DNA from: Candidatus Cloacimonadota bacterium
Lineage (GTDB): Bacteria; Cloacimonadota; Cloacimonadia; G963667145
Direction: 5' to 3'
Assembly (NCBI GenBank): GCA_963667255.1
Contig: OY762940.1
Span: 1,504,001-1,568,000 of the forward strand
DNA length: 64,000 bases
How positions within the stretch are numbered: the stretch's first letter is position 1; each line of letters opens with the position of its first letter. The position numbers and the translations under genes are program-made. Of the stretch, positions 48,907-58,929 are shown in pieces. The notes under the pieces are model-generated. The model saw only the letters and a program-made list of their open reading frames with translations. It did no database searches and was not told the DNA's origin.

Positions 48907-51168
48907 TTATTTAGCGTCAACTTGAGTTGTCACAATATTTTTCGCTTGGTTACTGTCTGCAGAGCTGTATAAGCTCTCCACCATTGGTGAATAAGCTATC
49001 ACCAAACCGGCAAAAACGATTGAAACCATTGACATAAGTTTAATCAAAATGTTGATAGAAGGTCCGGATGTATCCTTGAAAGGATCACCAACTGTATCGC
49101 CAACTACACAAGCTTTGTGAGTATCGGAGCCTTTTCCGCCGAAATTACCGGCTTCAACATACTTTTTGGCGTTGTCCCAAGCTCCACCGGCATTATTCAT
49201 CATAATAGCCAAAGAAAAGCCTGTAGCCAAGCCACCAACCAAAAGCCCCATTACACCGGGAACTCCCAAAAGCAACCCAACAACAATCGGAGTCAAAATT
49301 CCCAACAAAGCTGGAGCAACCATCTCTTTTTGTGCACCAATGGTAGAAATTTCCACACATCTAGCATAGTCAGGTTTAGCGGTTCCTTCCAAAATTCCGG
49401 CGATTTCTCTGAACTGTCTTCTAACCTCCGCAACCATATCCGAAGCAACTCTACCAACAGATTTCATAGTCATAGCTGCAAAAACGAAAGACACCATCGC
49501 ACCGATGAAAACACCGCAAAGCACTTTCGGGTTCATCAAGGTAATGCTGTAGTAATTAACAAAATCGGCAATTCCGGCTTTGGAAATCTCGATAACCTCT
49601 TTCACTCCGCTGGAATAAACAACGGTGAAAGTTTTCATCCCCATATTCATAAAACCGATTCTGATTTGCTCGATATAAGAAGCGAGAAGAGCCATAGCTG
49701 TGAGAGCCGCAGAACCGATAGCAAAGCCTTTGCCTGTAGCGGCAGTGGTATTACCAACGGAATCAAGAGCATCCGTGCGTTTTCTAACCTCTTCGGGCAA
49801 TCCGCTCATTTCGGCGTTTCCACCAGCGTTGTCGGCGATAGGACCGAAAGCGTCCATTGCCAAAGTTACACCCAAAGTTGAGAGCATACCAACTGCTCCA
49901 AAGCCTATTCCGTAAAGTCCCAATTCCATTTGAGTAAATCCGCCTGAAACGCTAAACGCTGCGATGATAGCCACAACTATTACCAAAACAGAAGCAAAAG
50001 TAGATTGCATTCCCACAGCAAGACCGTCTATTATCACGGTAGCAGGTCCGAAACTACCTTGAGCGGCTATCCCTTGAGTAGGAGCATACGCATCGGAAGT
50101 GTATTTCTCTGTGAAATAACCAACTAAAATACCGGCAGCAAGCCCGATAACAGTAGCAAGAAAAATTCCTAAAGAGATTTCGGCAGGCAACAGCAACTTG
50201 GTTACAAAATAACCGGCAACAACGGTGAGTGCGGAACTTACATGCACGCCTTTATTCAGGCTCGCCATAAGCTCTTTGATGCTGGCACCCTCTTTGGTAG
50301 AAACCAAATAGATACCGACAATCGCCAAAATCGCTCCGACTCCAGCCATAACCATAGGGGCAATTACAAAATTCATCGCACCTGCACCAAGTCTGGCGGC
50401 TGCGGAAAATCCCAAAATAGATGTAGCCAAAATAGAACCTGTGTAAGATTCGTATAAGTCAGCCCCCATACCGGCAACATCACCAACATTGTCACCAACA
50501 TTATCGGCAATAGTAGCAGGATTTCGAGGGTCATCTTCCGGAATACCGGCTTCAACTTTGCCCACAAGGTCAGCTCCGACATCAGCAGCTTTGGTATAAA
50601 TACCACCGCCAAGACGAGCAAACAGAGCTTGTGTAGAAGCACCCATTCCAGAGGCAAGCATAATAGTAGTGATAGTTTGCAAATCAAAACCCAATGCGTT
50701 CAAAGCAAAAAACTTAACACAAATATCAGCCAAAGCCAAACCAACAACAACGAGTCCCATAACGCCACCGGCTCTAAAAGCAACTTTGAGAGCAGAGTCC
50801 ATGCTTTTAGTAGCAGATTGCACAGTCTTCACGGAAGCTATAGTAGCTGTGTTCATACCGAAAAATCCGGCTAAACCACTCAAAATACCTCCGGTCAAAA
50901 ATGCCCATGGAACGAGCGGATGTAGCACTCCCATCCCCCAAGCCATTATGTTAAAAATAACAAAAGCAATTATAAAAAAGATTCCAACCCCTTTATATTG
51001 CTGTTTGAGATAAGCAAACGCCCCCTCGCGAACATGCTTACCAATAGTCTCCATAGTCTCGTTTCCGGCAGGTTGCTTCTTAACGCCCGCAAAAATAATA
51101 TAAGCGAAAACAAGAGCTATCAAAGCACCTACAGGTGCCAAATACCATATACCAGGTATTACATTCAT
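48907..51168 (-). CDS. hppA: Membrane ion-translocating pyrophosphatase, K+-dependent
   Basis: GGGIYTKAADVGADLVGKVE, DNVGDNVGD, GNTTAATGK (Ala variant = K+-dependent), GDTVGDPFKDT. Confidence 0.97.
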   Translation of the reverse strand: MNVIPGIWYLAPVGALIALVFAYIIFAGVKKQPAGNETMETIGKHVREGAFAYLKQQYKGVGIFFIIAFVIFNIMAWGMGVLHPLVPWAFLTGGILSGLAGFFGMNTATIASVKTVQSATKSMDSALKVAFRAGGVMGLVVVGLALADICVKFFALNALGFDLQTITTIMLASGMGASTQALFARLGGGIYTKAADVGADLVGKVEAGIPEDDPRNPATIADNVGDNVGDVAGMGADLYESYTGSILATSILGFSAAARLGAGAMNFVIAPMVMAGVGAILAIVGIYLVSTKEGASIKELMASLNKGVHVSSALTVVAGYFVTKLLLPAEISLGIFLATVIGLAAGILVGYFTEKYTSDAYAPTQGIAAQGSFGPATVIIDGLAVGMQSTFASVLVIVVAIIAAFSVSGGFTQMELGLYGIGFGAVGMLSTLGVTLAMDAFGPIADNAGGNAEMSGLPEEVRKRTDALDSVGNTTAATGKGFAIGSAALTAMALLASYIEQIRIGFMNMGMKTFTVVYSSGVKEVIEISKAGIADFVNYYSITLMNPKVLCGVFIGAMVSFVFAAMTMKSVGRVASDMVAEVRRQFREIAGILEGTAKPDYARCVEISTIGAQKEMVAPALLGILTPIVVGLLLGVPGVMGLLVGGLATGFSLAIMMNNAGGAWDNAKKYVEAGNFGGKGSDTHKACVVGDTVGDPFKDTSGPSINILIKLMSMVSIVFAGLVIAYSPMVESLYSSADSNQAKNIVTTQVDAK

Positions 51169-51237
51169 TATATTTCTCCTTTACCTTTATTATTACTAAA
51201 TAAAATACTATCAGTAAACTGCTGATATTTGTAAAAA

Positions 51238-52227
51238 CTATTCTTCTGTATTAATCTGCCACTCGGCAAAAGAGTTCAATATCTCCTGCCTGCTGACACT
51301 CACTACGCCTATTCTCCCACAAACTACTCCGGCAGCGTGATTGGCAATGCGAGACGCCTCCACAATGTCAGCACCTGCACCTATTGCCAAAGCCAACGAG
51401 CTGATAACAGCATCTCCGGCTCCACATACATCATAAACAGTCTGTGCAAAAGTAGGAATGTCAACCACCTGTTCACAAGCTTTCTGGAAAACAGACAATC
51501 CATCTCTACCTTTGGTAACAACTAAAAATTCACACTGCAAATCGTCCACCATCTTCCAAGCCTTTTTCTCAAAATCTGCAAAATTGGTCAGCCCGCTCAA
51601 TGAACAAAACTCAGCCATATTCGGCTTAAATACAGTCACTCCCTTGTAAGAAGTGAAATTGTTAAATTTCGGGTCAACACATACCGGCAAATTATGCTTC
51701 TTGGCAATTTTGATAACACCCTCTATCAAAAAAGCAGAAAGAAACCCCTTGTTGTAATCTTCCAAAATAACTCCCGAACATTCCGAAGCTACCCGTTCAA
51801 ACCTGTCTAAAACCTCTTGAGCCAACTCGTTGTTAATAAAAGACTTGTCCTCAAAATCAATTCGCACTACTTGTTGATTACCGGCTACAACTCTGCTCTT
51901 GAGAGTTGTGGGACGATTTTCGCTAACGACCAAATAGTCCGCCGAAATTTTTTGCTCCGCCAAGCAATCGCGAAGATGTTGCCCTGCCATATCTTTGCCA
52001 CAAACACCAAACATAAAAGGCTCTGCTCCGAGAGACGAAATATTGGCAGCCACATTGGCAGCACCGCCCAAACTGTATTTTTCTTCCCGCACATCCACAA
52101 CGGGAATAGGAGCTTCCGGAGAAATTCTGGAAACAACTCCATTGATATAATGGTCAACCATCAAATCGCCAAAAACGGCAATCTTCAAATTTTCAAAAGA
52201 TTTTAATCGCTCTTTCAGACCTTTCAT
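51238..52227 (-). CDS. rfaE1: D-glycero-D-manno-heptose-7-phosphate kinase (RfaE domain I)
   Basis: GD.MVDHY, RISPEAPIPV, GGAANVA, DYNKG, DVCGAGD. Confidence 0.92.
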   Translation of the reverse strand: MKGLKERLKSFENLKIAVFGDLMVDHYINGVVSRISPEAPIPVVDVREEKYSLGGAANVAANISSLGAEPFMFGVCGKDMAGQHLRDCLAEQKISADYLVVSENRPTTLKSRVVAGNQQVVRIDFEDKSFINNELAQEVLDRFERVASECSGVILEDYNKGFLSAFLIEGVIKIAKKHNLPVCVDPKFNNFTSYKGVTVFKPNMAEFCSLSGLTNFADFEKKAWKMVDDLQCEFLVVTKGRDGLSVFQKACEQVVDIPTFAQTVYDVCGAGDAVISSLALAIGAGADIVEASRIANHAAGVVCGRIGVVSVSRQEILNSFAEWQINTEE

Positions 52228-52233
52228 AAAATA

Positions 52234-52854
52234 CTACTTTTTCTCTCTCTCATTTATCTTGAGCTCAGTCCCATTGAACAGTCGCTTGATATTACTGATG
52301 TGTTTTAGCCAAATAAAAATTGCAATCAATCCAGTCAACACCAAAATTGCCAACAAATCGGCACTTCCAGTGAAATAAAAATATAGATTTGCCAAAAACA
52401 AGGCAAGAGTAGCCAAAAGTGAGCCCAAGGAAACATACCGAGTTGTTGCCACAGTCAAGCCGAAAACGATAAAAGCAACCAAAAATGCAACTGGGCAAAG
52501 TCCGACAAAAAGACCTGCCGCACTCGCCACACCCTTGCCACCTCTGAACTTCAAAAAAATCGGAAAGATATTACCAAGTATTACCACAAGAGCCGCAAAA
52601 ATCAAAAGAAAAGATTGATTTGTAAGGAAATGCCACTTCACAATTTGGATAAAAATCAAAGCCTTCAGAAAATCGGCAAAAAAAACAAGCACCCCGAACT
52701 TCCAACCCAAAATGCGAAACACATTAGTCGTTCCGATATTCCCACTACCATGCTCACGAATGTCTATGCCTTTCAAAAACTTGCCCGCAAGATATCCACT
52801 GGGAACGCTCCCGATAAGGTATCCGATTAGAAAAATAAAGAAAGGACTACTCAT
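52234..52854 (-). CDS. plsY: Glycerol-3-phosphate acyltransferase
   Basis: YLIGSVP, DIREHGSGNIGTTN, FRGGKGVA, YVSLGS, H.SNIKRL..GTE. Confidence 0.95.
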   Translation of the reverse strand: MSSPFFIFLIGYLIGSVPSGYLAGKFLKGIDIREHGSGNIGTTNVFRILGWKFGVLVFFADFLKALIFIQIVKWHFLTNQSFLLIFAALVVILGNIFPIFLKFRGGKGVASAAGLFVGLCPVAFLVAFIVFGLTVATTRYVSLGSLLATLALFLANLYFYFTGSADLLAILVLTGLIAIFIWLKHISNIKRLFNGTELKINEREKK

Positions 52855-54184
52855 CGTTGATGTTGTCATTTTTCCCTCTTTGCTTATACGAGATTTTCAC
52901 GCTAACTCCATAAAACCCAAACTCTTGCTTGAAATTGTTCAAAATATACCCTTTGTAAGCCGAACCGAGATTGTCGGGATTGGAGCAAACCATAACAACC
53001 TTCACGGGATTGGTCTGTATCTGCGTTGCATAAAAAATCTTCACCAATTTACCTGTCGATTGACGAGGTGGAAATTTGTCCAACCATCTTTGCAAAGCCT
53101 CGTTCAACTTGGCTGTGGGAACTCTGTGCGAGCTCCTATCATACAAATCAATTCCCTCTTGCAAAATTCTCCCAACTCGTTGACCGGTGATGGCAGAAGT
53201 AAAAATTATCGGACAGTCATCCAAAAATCTAAAAAATTTGAAAGCCCTCTTTTTGTATTCATCGTAAGATTTGTTGTCTTTTTCGACTAAATCCCACTTA
53301 TTAACCACAACCAAAATATTTTTGTAATGCTTTTTGGCAAAAGCCCCGATTTTCTGGTCTTGATTAGAAAAATCCTGTGTAGCGTCCAACACAAGAATAA
53401 CAACATCACTGGAAATAATGGAAGCGATAGCTTTTTGCGAACTGAAATAGTCGACACCATAGTCAATCTTGCTCTTCCGCCGAAGACCAGCTGTGTCCAC
53501 AAAATGAATCTCTCTGCCTTTGTAGGTAATGTCGCTCCCTATGGCATCTCGAGTAGTGCCGGAAATATCGCTAACAATAGAAATTTCCTCTCCGAAAACA
53601 CGATTGAGCAAACTCGATTTCCCCACATTCGGACGACCAACGACACTAAACCGAATTTTGTTTTTCAGCTTCTCTTTCTCTTTGTCAACATTCACCCTCT
53701 CCCCTGCAATATCAACAACCATATCCAAAAGTTGCCTCGTCCCGCGATTTAACTTGGCAGATACAGAAACAGGCTCACCCAAACCCAAAGCCAGAAATTC
53801 AAAATTTTGTGCGGCATCCATCTCCGAATCGCACTTGTTGGCTATCAACAAAGTTTCCTTATTTTGCAAAAGCTTGGCGATTCTCTTCTCCACAGGCAAC
53901 AAACCTACCTGAACATCGACAACAAAAAGAATTAAATCAGACTCACGAATTACGCCTTCGACCTTCTCCAAAATCTCCTTATCAAAATCGTGCTTGCCAA
54001 AGAGACCACCAGTATCCACCAACTCAAACATTTTGCCATCCCAAAGCACAACATAACTTTTATTGTCTCTAGTAACACCCTCGGTAGGGTCGACAATGGC
54101 GGAAATAGTTTTGGACAACCGATTGAACAGGAAAGATTTACCTACATTCGGTCGCCCAATAATAGCAACTTTTTTTATTGGCAT
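52847..54184 (-). CDS. der: Ribosome biogenesis GTPase Der
   Basis: Two G domains (GRPNVGKS twice, DTGG and DTAG) and a KH-like C-terminus. Confidence 0.97.
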   Translation of the reverse strand: MPIKKVAIIGRPNVGKSFLFNRLSKTISAIVDPTEGVTRDNKSYVVLWDGKMFELVDTGGLFGKHDFDKEILEKVEGVIRESDLILFVVDVQVGLLPVEKRIAKLLQNKETLLIANKCDSEMDAAQNFEFLALGLGEPVSVSAKLNRGTRQLLDMVVDIAGERVNVDKEKEKLKNKIRFSVVGRPNVGKSSLLNRVFGEEISIVSDISGTTRDAIGSDITYKGREIHFVDTAGLRRKSKIDYGVDYFSSQKAIASIISSDVVILVLDATQDFSNQDQKIGAFAKKHYKNILVVVNKWDLVEKDNKSYDEYKKRAFKFFRFLDDCPIIFTSAITGQRVGRILQEGIDLYDRSSHRVPTAKLNEALQRWLDKFPPRQSTGKLVKIFYATQIQTNPVKVVMVCSNPDNLGSAYKGYILNNFKQEFGFYGVSVKISYKQRGKNDNINDE

Positions 54185-55461
54185 ATAGGGAAGGTTCTAC
54201 AAAAATCCTTAACTTCCAAGCCTATTTTGGATAACTCAAATTCGTCTTCGTAGTTATTGTAAACACGAGAAATGAAGTCGGCAATTATTTGCATATCAGA
54301 CTCTTTCATCCCTCTAGTGGTCACTGCCGGAGTTCCCAAGCGAATCCCTGAAGCCACGAAAGGAGAGCGAGTGTCAAACGGCACAGCATTTTTGTTCACG
54401 GTAATCTCAGCAAGTCCCAAAGCGGTTTCCATCTTTTTGCCGGAAGGTCCGCCACTGTCTTTATCGCCCAAATCCCAAAGCATCAGATGATTGTCCGTTC
54501 CACCGGAAACCAAATCGAACCCGTGGCTCATCATACTCTTCGCCAACGCTTGAGCGTTAAGCAAAACTTGCTTTTGATACTGAACAAAATCATCGCTGAG
54601 AGCCTCGGCAAAAGCTACAGCTTTGGCAGCGATAACATGCTCAAGAGGTCCACCTTGCAAACCAGGGAAAACGATTTTGTCGATTTTTTGAGCGTATTTC
54701 TCTTTGCACAAAATAAGTCCCGATCTTGGTCCTCGCAAAGTCTTGTGCGTAGTGGTCGTTACGATGTCGGCATACGGAACGGGAGACTGATGCAGACCTA
54801 CAGCTACAAGCCCCGCTATATGTGCCATATCCACAACCAAATAAGCACCAACCTTGTCGGCAATTTGTTTGAAACGAGCAAAATCCAACTTTCTAGCATA
54901 AGCGGAAGCTCCTGCCAAAATCATCTTCGGCTTGCACTCCTCCGCCAATTGCTCTATTTTGTCATAATCAAGCATCCCTGTGGATTGCTCAACGCCATAA
55001 TGAACAATATCGAAAAGCATACCAGAAAAACTGAGCGGGCTGCCGTGAGTGAGGTGACCGCCATGACTCAACTCCATAGATAGAACTCTATCTCCGGGCT
55101 CAAGCAAAGTAAAATATGCAGCCATATTCGCCGTAGAACCGGAGTGAGCCTGCACATTCACATGTTCAGCACCAAAAAGTTCCTTAGCTCTCTCTATTGC
55201 GAGCCTCTCGATTTTGTCCACAACACCACAACCGCCATAATAGCGACCGTAAAGATTGTAGTTCAACTCATCGGTTTTTTTGCTCCAGCGATAAGGGTAG
55301 CCCTCGGCATATTTGTTGGTCAAAACGCTTCCGGTTGCCTCCAACACTGCCGGAGAAACATAATTTTCCGAAGCTATTAACTCCAACCCCTCTTTCTGGC
55401 GTTGTGTTTCTTTCAAAATCAAATCATAAATTTCTTTATCTCTGTTCTTTAAATTTTCCAT
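54175..55461 (-). CDS. glyA: Serine hydroxymethyltransferase
   Basis: [38 protein letters not shown]. Confidence 0.98.
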   Translation of the reverse strand: MENLKNRDKEIYDLILKETQRQKEGLELIASENYVSPAVLEATGSVLTNKYAEGYPYRWSKKTDELNYNLYGRYYGGCGVVDKIERLAIERAKELFGAEHVNVQAHSGSTANMAAYFTLLEPGDRVLSMELSHGGHLTHGSPLSFSGMLFDIVHYGVEQSTGMLDYDKIEQLAEECKPKMILAGASAYARKLDFARFKQIADKVGAYLVVDMAHIAGLVAVGLHQSPVPYADIVTTTTHKTLRGPRSGLILCKEKYAQKIDKIVFPGLQGGPLEHVIAAKAVAFAEALSDDFVQYQKQVLLNAQALAKSMMSHGFDLVSGGTDNHLMLWDLGDKDSGGPSGKKMETALGLAEITVNKNAVPFDTRSPFVASGIRLGTPAVTTRGMKESDMQIIADFISRVYNNYEDEFELSKIGLEVKDFCRTFPICQ

Positions 55462-55522
55462 ATTACCTCTTCATTTTATCTAATCTTAAGGGCAAAAAAG
55501 CTGTCCATGTGTCAAATGTTTT

Positions 55523-56410
55523 TTACCCTCTCGGATGATATTTTTTGTGCACGCTTATCAGGTGCGATTTATCAATATTCGTGTAAATTTGCGTCGTGTT
55601 AATACTGGCGTGACCCAACATCATCTGAATAGCTCTGATACCAGCTCCGGCTTCCAACAAATGAGTAGCAAAAGAATGTCGCAAAATATGCGGAGAAATC
55701 TTCTTGCGAAATCCTGCCAAATCAGCCGCTTTTTGGATAATCTTCCACACACCCATTCGAGACAATTTTTTGCCGAACTTATTCACAAAAACCAAATCGA
55801 TAATATTTGTCTTTACCAAAAGCGGACGATAATTTTGAATATAACTTTTCATAACAGCCATCGCCGTATCACAAATGGGAATAAATCTTTGCTTGTTGCC
55901 CTTGCCTATCACTCGGATAACTTCTTGGTCAAACAACAAATCGTTCAATTTCAAATCAATCAACTCACTCTCCCTAAGCCCGCAAGCGTAAGCTATCTCC
56001 AACATCGCTCTATTGCGAACACCCAAGGAAGTGCTGTCCTCGGCAAAAACTGCCAACAATTTTTCCACCTGCTCTATCGACAAAACAGACGGCAATCGCA
56101 GACCCTGCTTGATTTTCGGAAAATCCGTGAGAGAGATAGGCAGCTCCTGTTGCACCTGCAAAAAATCGTAAAAGCCCTTAATCGAACTCCGCTTCCTCAT
56201 CAACGATGCAGGCGACAAACCGTAGGACTGCAATTTAACCAAATAGTTTACCAAGTCTTGATTGTCAATTGCCTCAAGCTCTTTATTCACGAAGAGGATG
56301 AAATCTTCCAAATCCGCAAAATAAGCCTGCAAAGATTTCTCCGCAAGTCCCTTTTCTACCTGCAAATAGTAGCGGTAAGAATCAAGATGAAACTTTGTTT
56401 GTGGACGCAT
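55523..56410 (-). CDS. xerD: Site-specific tyrosine recombinase XerD
   Basis: SAM-like N-domain, RNRAMLE..YACGLR.SE, GKGNKQR, HILRHSFATH, LGHA...TTQIY. Confidence 0.9.
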   Translation of the reverse strand: MRPQTKFHLDSYRYYLQVEKGLAEKSLQAYFADLEDFILFVNKELEAIDNQDLVNYLVKLQSYGLSPASLMRKRSSIKGFYDFLQVQQELPISLTDFPKIKQGLRLPSVLSIEQVEKLLAVFAEDSTSLGVRNRAMLEIAYACGLRESELIDLKLNDLLFDQEVIRVIGKGNKQRFIPICDTAMAVMKSYIQNYRPLLVKTNIIDLVFVNKFGKKLSRMGVWKIIQKAADLAGFRKKISPHILRHSFATHLLEAGAGIRAIQMMLGHASINTTQIYTNIDKSHLISVHKKYHPRG

Positions 56411-56422
56411 CGCTTACAAATT

Positions 56423-57004
56423 TTACAGGATTTTCCTGATAATATCGGCAAGCTCTTTCACGGGAAGACCAACCACAGCGAACCAATCGCCATAAATTTT
56501 GGTGATGAACTGTCCGGCAAGACCCTGCAAAGCGTAACCTCCTGCTTTGTCGTAAGGCTCTTTTGTCATCACATACTGGTCGATTTGCACCTTGTCAATT
56601 TCGTCAAAAGTCACCTTTGCTTTACCGTAACTAACCAGCGTTTCCTTCTTGTAATGGACAGCCAATCCCGTGTAAACTGAGTGAGTGCGACCGGAGAGTT
56701 TTTGCATAAAAAATCTGGCTTCCTCAACATCTCTCGGCTTACCAATAATTTTGTTGTCCAAACAAACAAAAGTATCCGCACCAATCACTATGCACTTTTC
56801 GTCACAATTTTTGGCAACATCCTCGGCTTTCAGCTTCGCCAACTCTTTGCACAACATAAGAGGAGTCAATTTTCTGTCCAAATTTTCATCAACATCGGAA
56901 ACTATTTTCACAAACTTCACGCCCAACATCTGCAAAATCTTTTCCCGTCGCACGGAAGCCGAAGCCAAAACAACCTTCTTGCCTCGTAGTAAATTGTGTA
57001 AAAT
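56423..57004 (-). CDS. maf: Maf family nucleoside triphosphate pyrophosphatase (probable ATT start at 57004)
   Basis: KVVLASAS.RR, IGADT, GKP, LSGRTH, DKAGGY, VGLP; AGGAGG just upstream of the in-frame ATT. Confidence 0.9.
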   Translation of the reverse strand: MLHNLLRGKKVVLASASVRREKILQMLGVKFVKIVSDVDENLDRKLTPLMLCKELAKLKAEDVAKNCDEKCIVIGADTFVCLDNKIIGKPRDVEEARFFMQKLSGRTHSVYTGLAVHYKKETLVSYGKAKVTFDEIDKVQIDQYVMTKEPYDKAGGYALQGLAGQFITKIYGDWFAVVGLPVKELADIIRKIL

Positions 57005-57025
57005 CTCTCCTCCTTTTAGCTAAAA

Positions 57026-58807
57026 CTACGCCTTATCAGCTTTCATCACAGCCAAAAAAGCCTCTTGCGGAATAGAAACAGAACCTATCTCTTTCATCCG
57101 CTTTTTGCCCTTTTTCTGCTTTTCCAAAAGTTTTCTTTTCCGAGTAATATCGCCACCGTAACATTTAGCAGTCACATTTTTCCGCATCGCAGTTATCGTA
57201 GAGCGAGCTATCACATCATTACCTATCGCCGCTTGAATAGGAATTTTGAACAGGTGTCGCGGTATCAAATCTTTCAATTTATCCGTAATATTCAGCCCCC
57301 ACGAACGAGCCTTGTCTTTATGAGCCATAAAACTCATCGCATCCACTTTGTCGCCGTTGACCAAAATATCCACCTTCACAATCTCCGAAGTCCGATAATC
57401 CGCGTAGGAGTAGTCCATCGAAGCGTATCCACTGGATACCGATTTCAGTCGAGAATAAAAATCAAAAATCAACTCCAGCAACGGAATATCGTAATGCAAA
57501 CAAACCCTATCCTCATCAATGTATTCCATATTTTTTTGGATGCCCCGCTTGTCTATGACCAGCTTCATCACATTCCCGATAAATCGCGACGGAACGATGA
57601 TTTCCAAATTCATATACGGCTCTTGGATGTAGTCGATATTTTTCTGCTCGGGAAGATTAATCGGATTGTGAACCTCTACCATCTGACCAGACCTGTCAAA
57701 AACACGAAACGGGACAGACGGTGCAGTAGTAATAATCGCCACATCATACTCGCGATAGAGCCTCTCCACCACGATTTCCAGATGCAACATTCCCAAAAAT
57801 CCACAGCGAAACCCGAAGCCCAAAGCCAAAGAGTTTTCCGGCTCATAAACCAAAGAAGCATCGTTCAACTTCAGCTTCTCCAAAGCATCCCGAAGTTCTT
57901 TGTATTCGTCGCTCGCCACAGGGAAAACGCCACTATAAACCATCGGCTTGACTTCCTGAAACCCCGCCAACGCTTCGGCACAAGGCTTGCTCACGCCCGT
58001 CACGGTATCGCCGACTTTGGCATCTTCTATGTCTTTTATTCCGGAAATAATATAGCCGACATCTCCCGCTTTGAGAGTTTTCTCGGGTTTCAAATCCAAA
58101 CCAGCATAGCCAAGTTCATCAACAACAAACTCATAATCGTTCGACCAAAATTTTACTCTATCACCCTTGTTCAATGTCCCATCAAAAACTCTGACGATAA
58201 TGACCACACCTCTATATTTATCGTAAAATGAGTCAAATACCAAAGCCTTAACCGGCTGTTTCTCATCGCCTTTCGGAGGAGGAACATCTCGTATAATCCC
58301 TTCGAGAAGTTCCTGAATGCCAATATTTGACTTGGCGGACACCTTGTAAATATTGTCTTGGCTCAGTAACTCTATCAACTTCTCCTCGCACGCCGGCACA
58401 TTGGCAGACGGCAAATCGATTTTATTAATCACGGGAATTATTTCCAAATTGTTTTCCAAAGCAAGATAAAGGTTGCTCATAGTCTGAGCCTCCACTCCCT
58501 GAGCAGCATCCACCAGCAAAATCGCAGCTTCGCAGGAGTTCAAACTTCGCGAAACTTCATACGAAAAATCCACATGCCCCGGAGTATCGATAAGATTGAG
58601 AACATACTCCTGACCCTGATATGTGTAAGTCATTCGCACAGCCTTGGACTTGATGGTAATCCCGCGTTCCTGCTCCAACTCCATATCGTCAAGCACCTGT
58701 CCGTTAGCATCGTCAAGCACTCCCGTGAGTTGCAAAAACCTGTCCGAAAGAGTCGATTTGCCATGGTCTATATGTGCGATTATACAAAAATTTCTGATAT
58801 TATTCAT
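57026..58807 (-). CDS. lepA: Elongation factor 4
   Basis: Start MNNIRNFCIIAHIDHGKST; DTPGH, GFRCGFLGMLH, KCYGGDITRK. Confidence 0.98.
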   Translation of the reverse strand: MNNIRNFCIIAHIDHGKSTLSDRFLQLTGVLDDANGQVLDDMELEQERGITIKSKAVRMTYTYQGQEYVLNLIDTPGHVDFSYEVSRSLNSCEAAILLVDAAQGVEAQTMSNLYLALENNLEIIPVINKIDLPSANVPACEEKLIELLSQDNIYKVSAKSNIGIQELLEGIIRDVPPPKGDEKQPVKALVFDSFYDKYRGVVIIVRVFDGTLNKGDRVKFWSNDYEFVVDELGYAGLDLKPEKTLKAGDVGYIISGIKDIEDAKVGDTVTGVSKPCAEALAGFQEVKPMVYSGVFPVASDEYKELRDALEKLKLNDASLVYEPENSLALGFGFRCGFLGMLHLEIVVERLYREYDVAIITTAPSVPFRVFDRSGQMVEVHNPINLPEQKNIDYIQEPYMNLEIIVPSRFIGNVMKLVIDKRGIQKNMEYIDEDRVCLHYDIPLLELIFDFYSRLKSVSSGYASMDYSYADYRTSEIVKVDILVNGDKVDAMSFMAHKDKARSWGLNITDKLKDLIPRHLFKIPIQAAIGNDVIARSTITAMRKNVTAKCYGGDITRKRKLLEKQKKGKKRMKEIGSVSIPQEAFLAVMKADKA

Positions 58808-58874
58808 AAGCCCACGCTTAAAAGCAGTGAGAAATTGTAAAGAAAATCCAAAAGGAAAAAAACAAATTTTCTTG

Positions 58875-58903
58875 TTGACATTGAGACTCATTCTCATCTA
58901 ATG
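58875..58903 (+). promoter_or_regulatory. Promoter with an overlapping Fur/PerR-like box
   Basis: TTGACA-N16-TCTAAT; the spacer holds the inverted repeat TGAGA-CTCAT-TCTCA (58882-58896). Confidence 0.55.
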
Positions 58904-58929
58904 AGTCCAAAAAAACTATAGGAGAAAAA

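Noticed and set aside
55523..56410. Tyrosine recombinase as an integron integrase or phage integrase explaining the cassette-like genes
   Set aside because: Length, motifs and housekeeping context (maf, glyA) fit XerD; there is no IntI-specific insertion and no attC-like sites were seen
58808..58897. N-terminal extension of LepA
   Set aside because: Homology starts at MNNIRNF (58807); the extension covers the divergent promoter region
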